From positions 2,240,480 through 2,304,479 of the forward strand of contig JBNZDD010013632.1 in NCBI GenBank assembly GCA_050575255.1: a stretch of 64,000 bases of DNA, written 5' to 3'. Below are positions 12,139-23,200 of the stretch, in pieces (the first letter of the stretch is position 1; the number at the start of each line of letters is the position of its first letter). Origin of the DNA: Harriotta raleighana. Taxonomy: Eukaryota. Both the position numbers and the translations under genes were made by a program. A model generated the notes under the pieces. That model was not told where the DNA came from, made no database searches, and saw nothing but the letters and a program-made list of their open reading frames with translations.

Positions 12139-12878
12139 CAATCAATCAATCAAAATTTTATTTATATTGCGCTTTTCTCGTCGGGAGGACGTCCCAAGGC
12201 ACTGTACAGTCAAGTAGGGGGGGAGGGGTCAGGGGAAGGAAAGTAGGAAAAATTGACTGTATATTTGTGGGCGAAACGTAGCAGCCAAATTGCGCACAGC
12301 AGTGTCCCACAAACAGTCATGGAAGTGAGGGGGCCAGGGATGAAATGGGGAAAGAGGGTAAGGGGTCGGGGTAGGGGGAAGAGAACAGGAAAACCAGGTG
12401 TATATTTGAGGGCAAAATGCGGCAGCCAAATTGCGCACAGCAGTGTCCCACAAACACACACAGAAATGGGGCTGGGGGAGAAAGGGGAAATTATGGCAAG
12501 GGGGGAGACGGAGGGAAAAGCGGGTGGGGCAAAATCAGGGAGGAAAAAGGGCGGAGAAAGGGGGACAAGGGGGAAATCAGGGAGGACAAGGGGGGAGAAA
12601 TGGTGGCAAGGGGGAAGAGGGAGGGAAAGGTGGGTGGGCGGCAAACCAGGGAGAAAGTGGGGTAAGAGGGAAGAGGGAGGGAAGGGGCGAGAGAGGGAAG
12701 AAGAAGAAAAAGGAGGGGGAAAGGGCAGGGGGGGGTGAAACAACAACAACATCAACAATAATAAACAAAAGCAACAATAATAATAGAAAAAGCAACAACA
12801 ACAATTAATAACAATACAGCTACCGCTCCCTGCCCTCGCCGCCCGCCTGGATCATCTTCAAAAGGGCGGGAACCAGGC
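12139..12878 (-). mobile_element. Composite non-autonomous retroelement (GC-rich head, low-complexity spacer, two Deu-like cores, L2-type tail with (GATT)n)
   Basis: CACTT direct repeats at 12134-12138 and 12879-12883. SINE core duplicated at ~12252-12322 and ~12398-12456. The 3' 140 nt are shared with a second copy at 26741-26887. Confidence 0.75.
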
Positions 12879-14039
12879 CACTTAAAAAATCTTCACGTGT
12901 TGCATGTTTTTGCATATGATGCTTGCTTTGTGGTTAGCGGCCTTTTCATTTCCTAAATAAAAATGATAATTTGTTCATTAATGTTTAAATTACAACTTAA
13001 AATCCTGTTAGCGACACAAAGCTACATGAAGACACCAAGTTCTATTTGCGTCCTGGGTAAAGGCATCAATTCAAAGCATGTGCTGCCTCATTTTAGAGCC
13101 AGCACTTGCTGAATAGACAGACACCCTTTGCGTTTACAGTCTTTAATTAGTTATAATCTGGTTACGAGAACTCTGTTAGACCATTATATGGTTTTGAATT
13201 CTTCTTAGAAAGGTGCAAATGTGTACTTTTCTGGATGACTGAACAAAGCTTTTAGGAACTTGTAAAATCCTGGAGAAAACCACAAAGTAGGCACGTCTTG
13301 GATGTAATGCAATTAAGTAGAAAATGAAGGGACAATTGAGATAGAAGTAATGCATTTTTCTAGATGATTGGAAACTGAAATGTAACATGGTAAACCGACA
13401 GTATCACTTTTCTAAGAATGTACTAGCTAATTTTAGAAACTATCCATGAACTGGTGATCTTGGCTTTCACAGCTAACTAAAGCTGAATAGGCTTAAATTG
13501 ATCATTACCATGAAAGAAAATTGACTTTTTAGATCCCAATGGTGAAGACAGAAACAATGTGCATATTTTAACTTGGATAGAATACCCTGTAACTTAAAAT
13601 TCTTTAAAATACAGTATTTAGTTGGAGAAGTAACAAATGTAGCAGAGTTGGATTTCTTTCTTTTTTTGAATTGGTTTGATTGAAAGCTCAAAAAGAGACT
13701 TAGCCCTTGATATCTTGGTGTTTTGCTTTTGTCTGTGCACAGTGCCACCACAATGCTGTATTTTTTGTGTGGAGTTGATTTCATGATAATGAACAATTCA
13801 GATTGGACATTAACACTAATAAATGTTAATGATTTCTGAATCTATCTGTTTAAACTTGAAAACTTTAAACAGCTCCATTAAGATACAAAATGCATGTTAA
13901 GCATGAAACATGAAGGATAGTGACCAGGTTGGTACATCATTTAAAATGCGCTGAACTGCAACAGCATTGCAAAATAGAACCAAGTGTGATATTTATAAAT
14001 GTTCATTCAGTCAGAAATTTTCCTTTATTCTTCTTATAG

Positions 14040-14173
14040 ATCATTGGCCCTAATTCCATGCCATGGTTACGATCCTTTTTAGACAAGATGACAATGCACC
14101 AACAGAGCTTGTTCAAGTTCATTGCCTGCAATGAGATTCTTTTGATGCCTGCATCTGTTTTTACGTTGCTTGG
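14040..14173 (+). CDS. TMEM33: TMEM33-family gene, internal coding exon (134 nt)
   Basis: Acceptor tttcctttattcttcttatag| and donor |gtaagt. Translates IIGPNSMPWLRSFLDKMTMHQQSLFKFIACNEILLMPASVFTLL+GG, containing the family motif KFIACNEIxLMP. Phase 0 in, phase 2 out, compatible with both neighbours. Confidence 0.95.
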
Positions 14174-14699
14174 GTAAGTGTTGAATCTAAACTTTCATCG
14201 TTTATCTAACAGGCTGAGGCAGTAATATCACTTACATTAAACAAATTACATGGTTGTAATAAGTGAAATACATATCTGATGAAACATTCATCGTTTTATC
14301 AAACGGAACTTGCACTCCATTTGTACAGGGACAAAACATTGTTTACATTTCTACTGTTACCCTCTCAAATATTGACATTCAAATCTGCAGCTTGCTTATT
14401 TAACAGGATTTATTTTGTCAGCTTGTCTGACACATGCAGAAAGCCATCACCGTGGTAAAAAATATCCAAACCAAACTGAGAGTTCCATGCATTCCACTAG
14501 CACATGGAAATTCTCATGCATTGGAGCACGGTTCCCGAATATTGTCTGGGACGGACTCCCGATGTGAAAGGTGCTAAACAAATGTAATTTTGTTGTTGTT
14601 GTTGGACTGTGCATTTGTTCCCCAGAGCAACGCATCCTGCTTCCTTAATTCCAGAGTGTATTAGGTGCAGGATGGCAAGAATCCAGGTTTGGGGACCCC

Positions 14700-14738
14700 A
14701 GAGTACTGCTGGAATACTGTTGGAGTACTGTTGGAATT
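14700..14738 (+). repeat. Short tandem repeat, 12-bp unit x3
   Basis: gagtactgctg gaatactgttg gagtactgttg gaat. Confidence 0.6.
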
Positions 14739-16094
14739 TAACCAGCTAAAACCACATGGCTTGCCAAACCACTGTCTGGCAAGTGTTCCTGCTGCTTGGC
14801 AGGATAGGAGCACCCTACTTATTAAGGCTTTGGTTTGTAGGGTTAACAGTAACTGAGTGGGGAAAAAACTCACCAGTGACCAGTCTGCCCCTCCAAGTCC
14901 TGCGATGATCCAGGTTGGCTGGTCTATCATAGGCAGTACCCTAGAGTATTGCAAAATTGCCTGGTTCACAAACCAGACTTTTTTTTTTATCTCTTTAGAG
15001 GTTCTTGAGTATTTTTAACAATGTTTGGCAAACACTGGACATAAAGTAGTGATTGGATGTTTCAGCCTTCCAAGTATTTTTCCCACTCTACTTCAAATCA
15101 TTAACCTTTTTTTCCACTTGTTCAACCCTAAAATATTATATAGTGTAAACAAATGTCACAATTTTTCCCTGCAAATCCCACAAACACAGCTGCTGCTCTT
15201 GTCACTAGAATAAGGTTTTGTAAAGCAGTGTTGATGGGTTGTTTGCAATTGGGAACTCACTGTGTGAGGAATTGCAAGCTGTAGTGCATGATATATTAGT
15301 CAAAACTGCAAAACATGGCAGCTCGGTTGGATCTGTGATCCTGACGACTATCACCCACGTGTGTGTGGTTTTCATAAGCTGATTGAGTGTGAAACTTGTG
15401 CCATTGACACAGAAACACTTTATGGGTAAATACTGTAAACTGTATCTGCTTGGCACAGTACTACACTTAACATATCTTTGGGAAGTTGGTCTCAATTTCT
15501 TACATACAGTGATCTTCCCATAGGCAAATTCTCATGGGTCTGTCATCATTGTACTCACAGTCTTCCCAGGAACAATTCTTATTGCATGTAAAGCTGATGA
15601 ACTCAAAACCTCGGAGTCTGATTTCTCAGGGTCTAGGCACTGCCAAGTGCTGTTTCCTAAAGTGGTAATGGAGAGAACACCACTGGTCTAACTTTATGCT
15701 GTCAAATCTGGAATACTAATGTGCTTGTAAAATAAATTGCACATGACCAAATCTAAAATATTTTAGTGAAATGATTATAGTTTATTGGTTACATAGTATT
15801 GTTCAATAAAGACTCCAGGAGGCTGTTTGCACAGATGCTTACAATGAGTGTGATTTTCTTTTATTGTTTATTACCGGCTGGTTAGACTTTTGATAGCTGA
15901 TTTATTGTCTTCACAAAAGCCTATTAGTGCATTGCAAGCAAAGCTTGTACTTCAATGATATGAGCTGCAAGCAACAATTAAACAGGTTCGTGCTCTTCAG
16001 CCTTGAAAAGAGATGTCTCCAAGCAGTTCTTATCAAGGAATATAAGATTTTAAATCAGATTGAGAAAGCACATCCAAAATAATACTTTCAGTTA

Positions 16095-16330
16095 TGCCAG
16101 CACACAGGTTCAAGGTAGCAAAGTGCAGTTTCAGTTCAGACACCAGGAAGTATTTTTTTTTTCTGAGTGGATGATTAGCAACAGGAACAGGTTACTCGGA
16201 TGGGGCCAAGACATTGAATTTGTATAAGAAATAATTTGGTACTGTGATATGAGAAAAGTAGGGTGTGTTTGGAAGGATGAGATCAAATAGACCAAAAGGC
16301 CTTCATCTTGAACCTCTCTTTTGATTATGT
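16095..16330 (+). mobile_element. Degenerate CR1 LINE 3' fragment
   Basis: gcacacaggttcaaggtagcaaagtgcagtttcagttcagacaccaggaagtattttttt resembles the CR1 GHRFKL..F.TD.RK.FF region. It is followed by gatcaaatagaccaaaaggccttcatcttgaac, a CR1 3'UTR-like segment. Confidence 0.55.
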
Positions 16331-18756
16331 GAAACTATGCCATTTTATTATTAATAATTACTTTCTTATCTGATCAAAACAAAGATAAAGACCAGTTTAG
16401 AAGTAGATTTTCTCCTGGCTTGTTTTTCAGTTTAATTTTACTGAAATTGTGCAGAGAGTAACTGTAGGGCACAGCTTCTCCTCTCTTGCAGTATAAAATA
16501 TTTGTTTAAGATTAGAAAAAATTGTGAACAAAGGTGGGAAGAGAAATACGATTGCTATTTGTATTATCTGACATCCTTCCATACATTAAAATAATCTAAG
16601 TAGAAGTACAAAAAGCTCCTTAAAATTACACTCTATTATGTAATTATGCGTTTCTATTTTATAAAGATCAATAGTGACCATTTATCATATTCCCAAAAGT
16701 GGGGTTTGCATTTTATTACCAGTAAACTTCATAATCCAAATTGAAATGATTCTTTAAAGGCTTAAATTACCCCAAATCTCTTTAAATCAGGATGTACTGT
16801 TAGCCAATTTAGATTTGGTAACTGCTAAATTGTCTAAAAGCGAGTACATATGGTTGCTGGGCTGGCGTTTTGTAAACTATTTTTGGAAAAGGTTCACTTG
16901 GAAAGTCAGCAAATCTGCCAAAATTCTTTATTAATGTATTTTTTCTTACTCAGAGGTTTCTTGTGCCATTGTTGACTGGTCTTGGAAACTAAGGGAGAAA
17001 TTGTGAATGTAGGGAATGGCTATGCAGGAGCAAGTTGATTTATCTTCTTAGAATGCCTCATCAATTTGATTATCCAATTAAAATCTGTCTTCATAATATT
17101 AATCTTCAGTGCCTCACTACTACATGACAGATTTGATATCTTTCAAATGAATGGCATGATTACTGTGCCCTACTGTACAGTACATAGTCCTGCATAGTCC
17201 CACAGTATCTAAGTGGTTGTGGCAGTGATTTTGCCCCACAAATGTGATTGTGCAGGAATGTAATCTCAAATTGTTACCACACTCATAGTAGTGGAATAAA
17301 GATAGCTTGGACATTTTAGTTTTAAAACAAATGTTTGACCACAAGCAACAAATCTGCCACTTTAAAAATAAACATTTACCTCCAAAGTCAAATGTTAGCT
17401 TCCAATGTGGACCAAAACCAGTGGCAAAACCAGCTACCTGCATGTGTTGCATCAGGAATGACATAATGCAGGATTTTGGGGGTAGACTAGACTAAGTAAA
17501 ATAGGTAACATAAATTTTATATATTTATGTACAGTAAATAGATAGGAAGCTTCCAGATAACCATTCAACAACAAAAACACAACAAAATTACATTTGTATA
17601 GTGGAGAATGTGATGTTCTTTTCTCTGCAAATGTTGCAAGCTCTCTGAATTATTTCAGTTTCTTAACCTGGTAATTGCTTCCAGCAGAAAATGTCAGTCT
17701 TCTGGCTTTTGAGTTCCCATTTTACAGAGGGTTGAGGATCCGATTATGCAAGCGTTTTGGGAAGTTTCAGAGTTGCTATGAATCTAAGGAAATTGATCAA
17801 ATACTTGGTACTAATCGGAAATTAGGACTATATATCAGAGTTAATCTGAATGTTTCCATTGTTTCACAGATTGACTTCAAGTTGCTATTTGTCTTTAGTA
17901 GGAAAGATTATATTGGTTCACTCTAGAGTGGTTCATTCTTTGGTTTAATCAGCTCTTATACTCCACAATAAAATTTAAGCCTAAGAGAAAACCGCACCCA
18001 ATTTAGAAGTGTACTGGTAACACTGGTCTTGAGTTAAGAATTGGGTTATATTCTCTTTCTGTTGGTCTGCTGGGTGTTTTGACGCATGCTGAAACCCTTT
18101 CAATGCTTGAAAATATCTGAATTCAACAGAATTCCAAATATGCATGGAAATGTCCCTTTGTGTGGAAATGGATTACTGTGTACACTGTCACCCAGAGGAA
18201 AACACGCTGCACACCTTTCATACTGTTTAAAGTGCAGTAGCACCAAACATACACTCTGAATTATTCAAGCCCAGTATAAGTTGGCAAGAATGGCAAGACC
18301 TGTAGGTTTGGTATTGCAGTACTTTAAACAGCTAAACTGCCATTGTGAGTATTGTCTGTCAAGCTTGAATGGAAATTGGTATCAGGAACTCCTTGTGATT
18401 CTCTTGGTGAGCAGCACAACTGAACATGAAATGTGTGAAAGCATTGCTGCTATGTTCCAGCCATGATCATACCCTATTAAGTAGTGATTCCAGTTGGAAG
18501 CATAGAGCTTCAGCGGGAGCTACTTACCTTTCTGCATACTTATCAAGGTAGATATCAAACCCTAGGTAGATAACCAGAACTTCAGGTAACATCTTCCAGC
18601 AGCTGTCATCCCAAGACTGAGTTTCCTCATCAGCTATTGAACGGGCATCTATCCCTTATGTAACAGTCTCAACGGATGCCGTTTAGACATGTGTCCATCT
18701 TGAGCTGTCATGTACATGTATGCAGAAATTAATTCACAGCAATGCAATGACTTATT

Positions 18757-18825
18757 TATATATATATATACACATACACACACACTATAGATATATATAT
18801 ATGTGTGTGTATATATATATATATA
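18757..18825. repeat. Compound (TA)n/(CA)n/(TG)n microsatellite with fold-back symmetry
   Basis: (TA)7 cacatacacacacac tatag (AT)6 gtgtgtgt (AT)7a. Confidence 0.9.
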
Positions 18826-18867
18826 AGGTTCTAAAGTTTAAGTCATCCTTAATGTTTCTCTTGCTTC

Positions 18868-18939
18868 AATTGCAGTCAGTCTTTCATTAGGTTTTCATTG
18901 TCCATCCATATCACACTGCACATTAAATAGAAAAGCCAG
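18868..18939 (+). repeat. 72-bp dispersed direct repeat, copy 1
   Basis: Ungapped 60/72 match to 20189-20260. Confidence 0.8.
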
Positions 18940-20188
18940 AAACATGTTTTTTTTCAAGATAGTCGTCTGTTGAAAGATAAACTAGGCATGTGTAACTTAC
19001 TTCTGCATCCTTTTGATTTCATGGGTGGATGGTTGAGGATGCCACTTAACATTTCCCTTGAATTGTAACTTCAGCTGGACTTTGCTTCAAAGCATTGCTT
19101 TTATTGAAACCCTTGTTAAACTGAGAATCGTACTGTAAAATACTTCAAAGAGACCTGTGGCTGATCTGCAGAACAATTGCATAGCTTTAAATTTTTATAA
19201 TGTGAAGCTGATTTCTCCTGTAATTGTAGAAGAAAATGTTCCTTTCGCCGATGAACTCTTAACTTAACGAGTTTGCTTGGATTTGTTGCCACTTGGCAAA
19301 CAGTAGCTTTTATAAGAGTATAATGGCACTCATGTAACTTTAAGAAACTAGATACTTTGTGAAGATGCATGCAAGGAGTTGGGTATTGAAATTGAGCACA
19401 CAGTATTGTGTATATAATTTTTATACCTACCAAACAGAATACTAACAAATTGTGATTTCTTATTTGATAAAAGTTGTCAATTTATTATGCTACCATCATA
19501 ATGGTCTTGTAATGGCCTTTTCCTTATGACATGATCAAATCTTGCTTGAACTTTTATCACAATAGCTATGATCACAAAACCAACACTGCCTCTTTTGAGA
19601 TTTTGGATATTCAAGATTGTTCATTTGGAATGACCTTACTTGCTTAGCACACTTACAGTATCCTGATGTTGACAGTGTTTCACAAATGGGTGGTTTGGTA
19701 TGCATTGCAGATGTTCTTGGTATTCAATTTGTGCAGGTTACTCCCATACATATTAGAAGAAAGCTGCTTGAAACATCCGCAATCCATTAGGATCACAATT
19801 TATTCCTTATGTACTGTATTGCTTATTGCTTGCTTAATTTATACTGTATTTTGTAGTTTGTTGGCACATTCATGGTGCTATCTATCACATAACGTATTTA
19901 GTGGTTTTGTTGCAATTTCTTTTGTAGCACATTAATTATAAATAGCCACATTCATCATAAATCTTCGTTATTGCATTGACTTATTTATGTTCAAACTACT
20001 GTATATAGTGCTCACTGCAAGGAGGTCAGCCAAATCTGTTTGCATTGCATTGTTCTGATGCTTTTTTTTAAAAAAACCTAATCATTTATTTATTGGATTG
20101 TACCTATTTCAGATCCGATTTGTTTTCTCTGTCACAAAATACACAGCACAGATGGTGGGAAAGAGTAAACAAAGTCATCAGGTTATAG

Positions 20189-20260
20189 AATTACAGTCAG
20201 TTTTTCAATGGGTTTTCAATGTCTATCCATATCACAGCACACATTAAACATAAAGGCCAG
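20189..20260 (+). repeat. 72-bp dispersed direct repeat, copy 2
   Basis: Ungapped 60/72 match to 18868-18939. Confidence 0.8.
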
Positions 20261-23200
20261 GATTTTTTTTTAAAAATGCGACATTTTATTCTTTGTTCTG
20301 TTCCCTGACATGCACTCAGCTTATTTGATCAAACTGCGTTGTTACACCATGCTGTGGCTGACTTTATCTTCAAGCTTTTGTTGCCTCAGGTGCTCAGTAG
20401 TACAGATGCACTGTGCCAGTGCAGTACACATGGTAACACACACACACTGTCATGTACAATGGTACCATCGTAATTATTCCTTTTAAGTGCTGGTATATTA
20501 TCTTAAAAGAATATTCATTTCTAGGATGGAGTTTATTAATAGGTGGATATAATTTTGGGTGTATAACCTCGGTGGGACTTTCAGTGTCAGGTGCCATTTC
20601 CCTTAAAGCAATTAATTAGAACTAATGTACTTTTATATTGTTGGTTTTCTTAGAATTTACAGCTACTTAACTCACTCTTCATGCAATTCAAAATGTGCAG
20701 TAAAGTACCACTTGCTTCATATATACTCAATATGTCAGCTGAAGAACTGCACCTCTAATGCTATGGTTTGATTTTTGCTTCCCGTGATGCAATAAATGCT
20801 CTAAATACTTAAATGAATAGATACGTAAATGAATAGACAGCCCAGCAACCACATGTAGTCTCTTTTACACACAATTTAGCAAATCCGTTGTCGGGTGTTG
20901 TTTTAGGTATAGGTTTGCTTCTTGCAATAGTGCTGCATAATTGGAAATGTATTTGGGGACTATAATTCCAATGTACCAAGATAAATTTACATATTAATAA
21001 TATTACACTGTTTAATAGATATTATTCACTGAACCAGTGGCTGTTTGTTTAAATTTAGCCACTTGGCTCCACTGTTGTTCGATGAGCAAAAATGTTAACA
21101 AATTGATCACAAAATGCTAGTTCTCCTGCATAAACAAAGTACAAACTTAAATGGAAAAAATTTCTATGCAGATGTAGTGGGAAGGATTTTCCATTCCCTG
21201 ATTTGAATAAAGATAATGGCTGCTAAATTCAAAAATAAAAGCATTTTCTAGCTTTCAGAAATGCTAAAATAAAACTAGTTAACATTACATGCCCCAGGTG
21301 ACATTGCGAGCATTTAGTATCAGGAAAACAATTGTGTTTAAACTTGTTTTGTGTGTTCCATTGAACAGATTGTCTAATAATCGTAATGCACTTTGCATTC
21401 TGTCATTGGTATTCTTGAATAAGATTAAACATCGTTTTCAGACAAAGTCTTGACAGAAGATAAAGAAACCTGGGAGATGGTTTTCTAAGTTGTTTTCTTT
21501 CGGTTCCAGCCTGAACACTCCAGGCTTGACAGGATGTGCTTAGATCTCTGCAGGAGGAGACCCATACAAATGATTCTTTATTTCAGAAACAATTAGATTA
21601 ATACCCTCCCTATATATTTATTTTGCCTGTCTTCATTGTCTTGTCAAGAACAGCTTATAACAACAATGACTAATCTTATTTAAGAATAGTCATTGCATGA
21701 TCGAGACATGTTAATACCAATTTAAGGTTGCAATTTGTTTGATGCCATGTAAAATAACAAGTATCGGATCCTGTTGGGACTTCAAGCTGTTGTTTCTCCA
21801 TCACAGATGTTTCCTTTGAATTATTTGGAAAAATTGCATGAGAATTGGGCAGCTTTCAGAAGTTACATTTTTAAGTGTATTTTTAAGATAGGTCAATTCA
21901 TAATCCAAATATATCCTCACATAATCCTAATGTTCACAAGTAAAACATTCAGAAGTCTATGAAAAGGATCTACCATCTTATTAATACATACAATTTATCT
22001 TTTTCCTTTGGGCATCAGTTCACTTAGGTTTACATAAAATTATCATAAAATATTATACATCTGTAAAAGCAGCTATTTTCCTATTCAGTATTTCTGCCCA
22101 CTGAATCATTATATCCTTGGTGTGGAATTTTGTCTTACCTGACAAACAGAAAATATAGACTTTCTTTAACTTCATCACCATCTTAGCTATGTTTCAGTGC
22201 ATCATTTCTTGAATATCAGGAAACATATCATCAATGGAAGTGATTGTAGAAACATTTTATAGCAATACATTTCATGCAGTACAGAAGGAAGAACACTTTT
22301 TTCAAAGAAAACCAGAAGTTGTTTTACTACATTGCTGGTTGGTCAATGTAGATCAGATAGGATATATTCAAATCTAGAACAGAACAACATAAGTGCAATA
22401 GGGATAAAATAGGCTGTAAATGATCTGCATAAGTGGAAGGAAAGAATTAAAAAGTAGTTTTGGAAATTGTTCATCACAACTCTGCAACATTAAGTATTAA
22501 TCTAATATTGATTTCCCTTGTGTCAAAACCAAAATGTTGTAGTCATTATAGTTATCAGCTTTGTTCATTCTAATATGATATGTGCATTGTTCCTTATATT
22601 GGCGTAGTGCCACAAAAATGGATTATTGGAACATCAGAAAATAGATTATTTTGAGCATTCAGGGTGTTACTTATCAAAGGATATAACCTACTTACAATTA
22701 CTTGTGTACGATTACTTTATTCCCCAGCAAACATTTTATTCCCAGCTTTTCTCCTATCTGCACAAATCTACTACAGCACATGTTACAATTTGGCAAACAG
22801 ATGTTTACAGAAGTTTGAAAAATTTCAAATGCTTCAATATAAAATTATTTAATATCCCTCAAGAGAGGAAATGCTAACAATGTTGATCTCTAATAATACA
22901 GAGTACTAAGAATAAAATGTTTTAGATCTCGTGAGAAAATTGCATTAAAGAAACATTCACAATCAGTTATGCAAAAGAAAATAATTTGTGTAATATTGGA
23001 AAGTAATTCCTGAACTCTGCAAGAACAACATTCTTCCTTGGAAGCACCCATTTCCAGATTGTAATGTAATAAAAGTATAAACATTTAAGGACTGGAAACT
23101 TAATCTGAGAATTCTGTGGGAAGAGTAGTCAGTTAAAATAAATATAAATAAACGGTTTTATATTTAACTTGACTGGTTAATATGTTTAGTAATCAATCTA

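Noticed and set aside
12210-12808. Cluster of long ORFs (up to 182 aa) on both strands
   Set aside because: They arise from G/A-rich low complexity and SINE core sequence lacking stop codons. No domain, no splice context.
14668-15037. Possible degenerate hAT-type MITE (caggatggcaaga ... tttggcaaacactg)
   Set aside because: The putative TIRs match poorly and no 8-bp TSD is evident.
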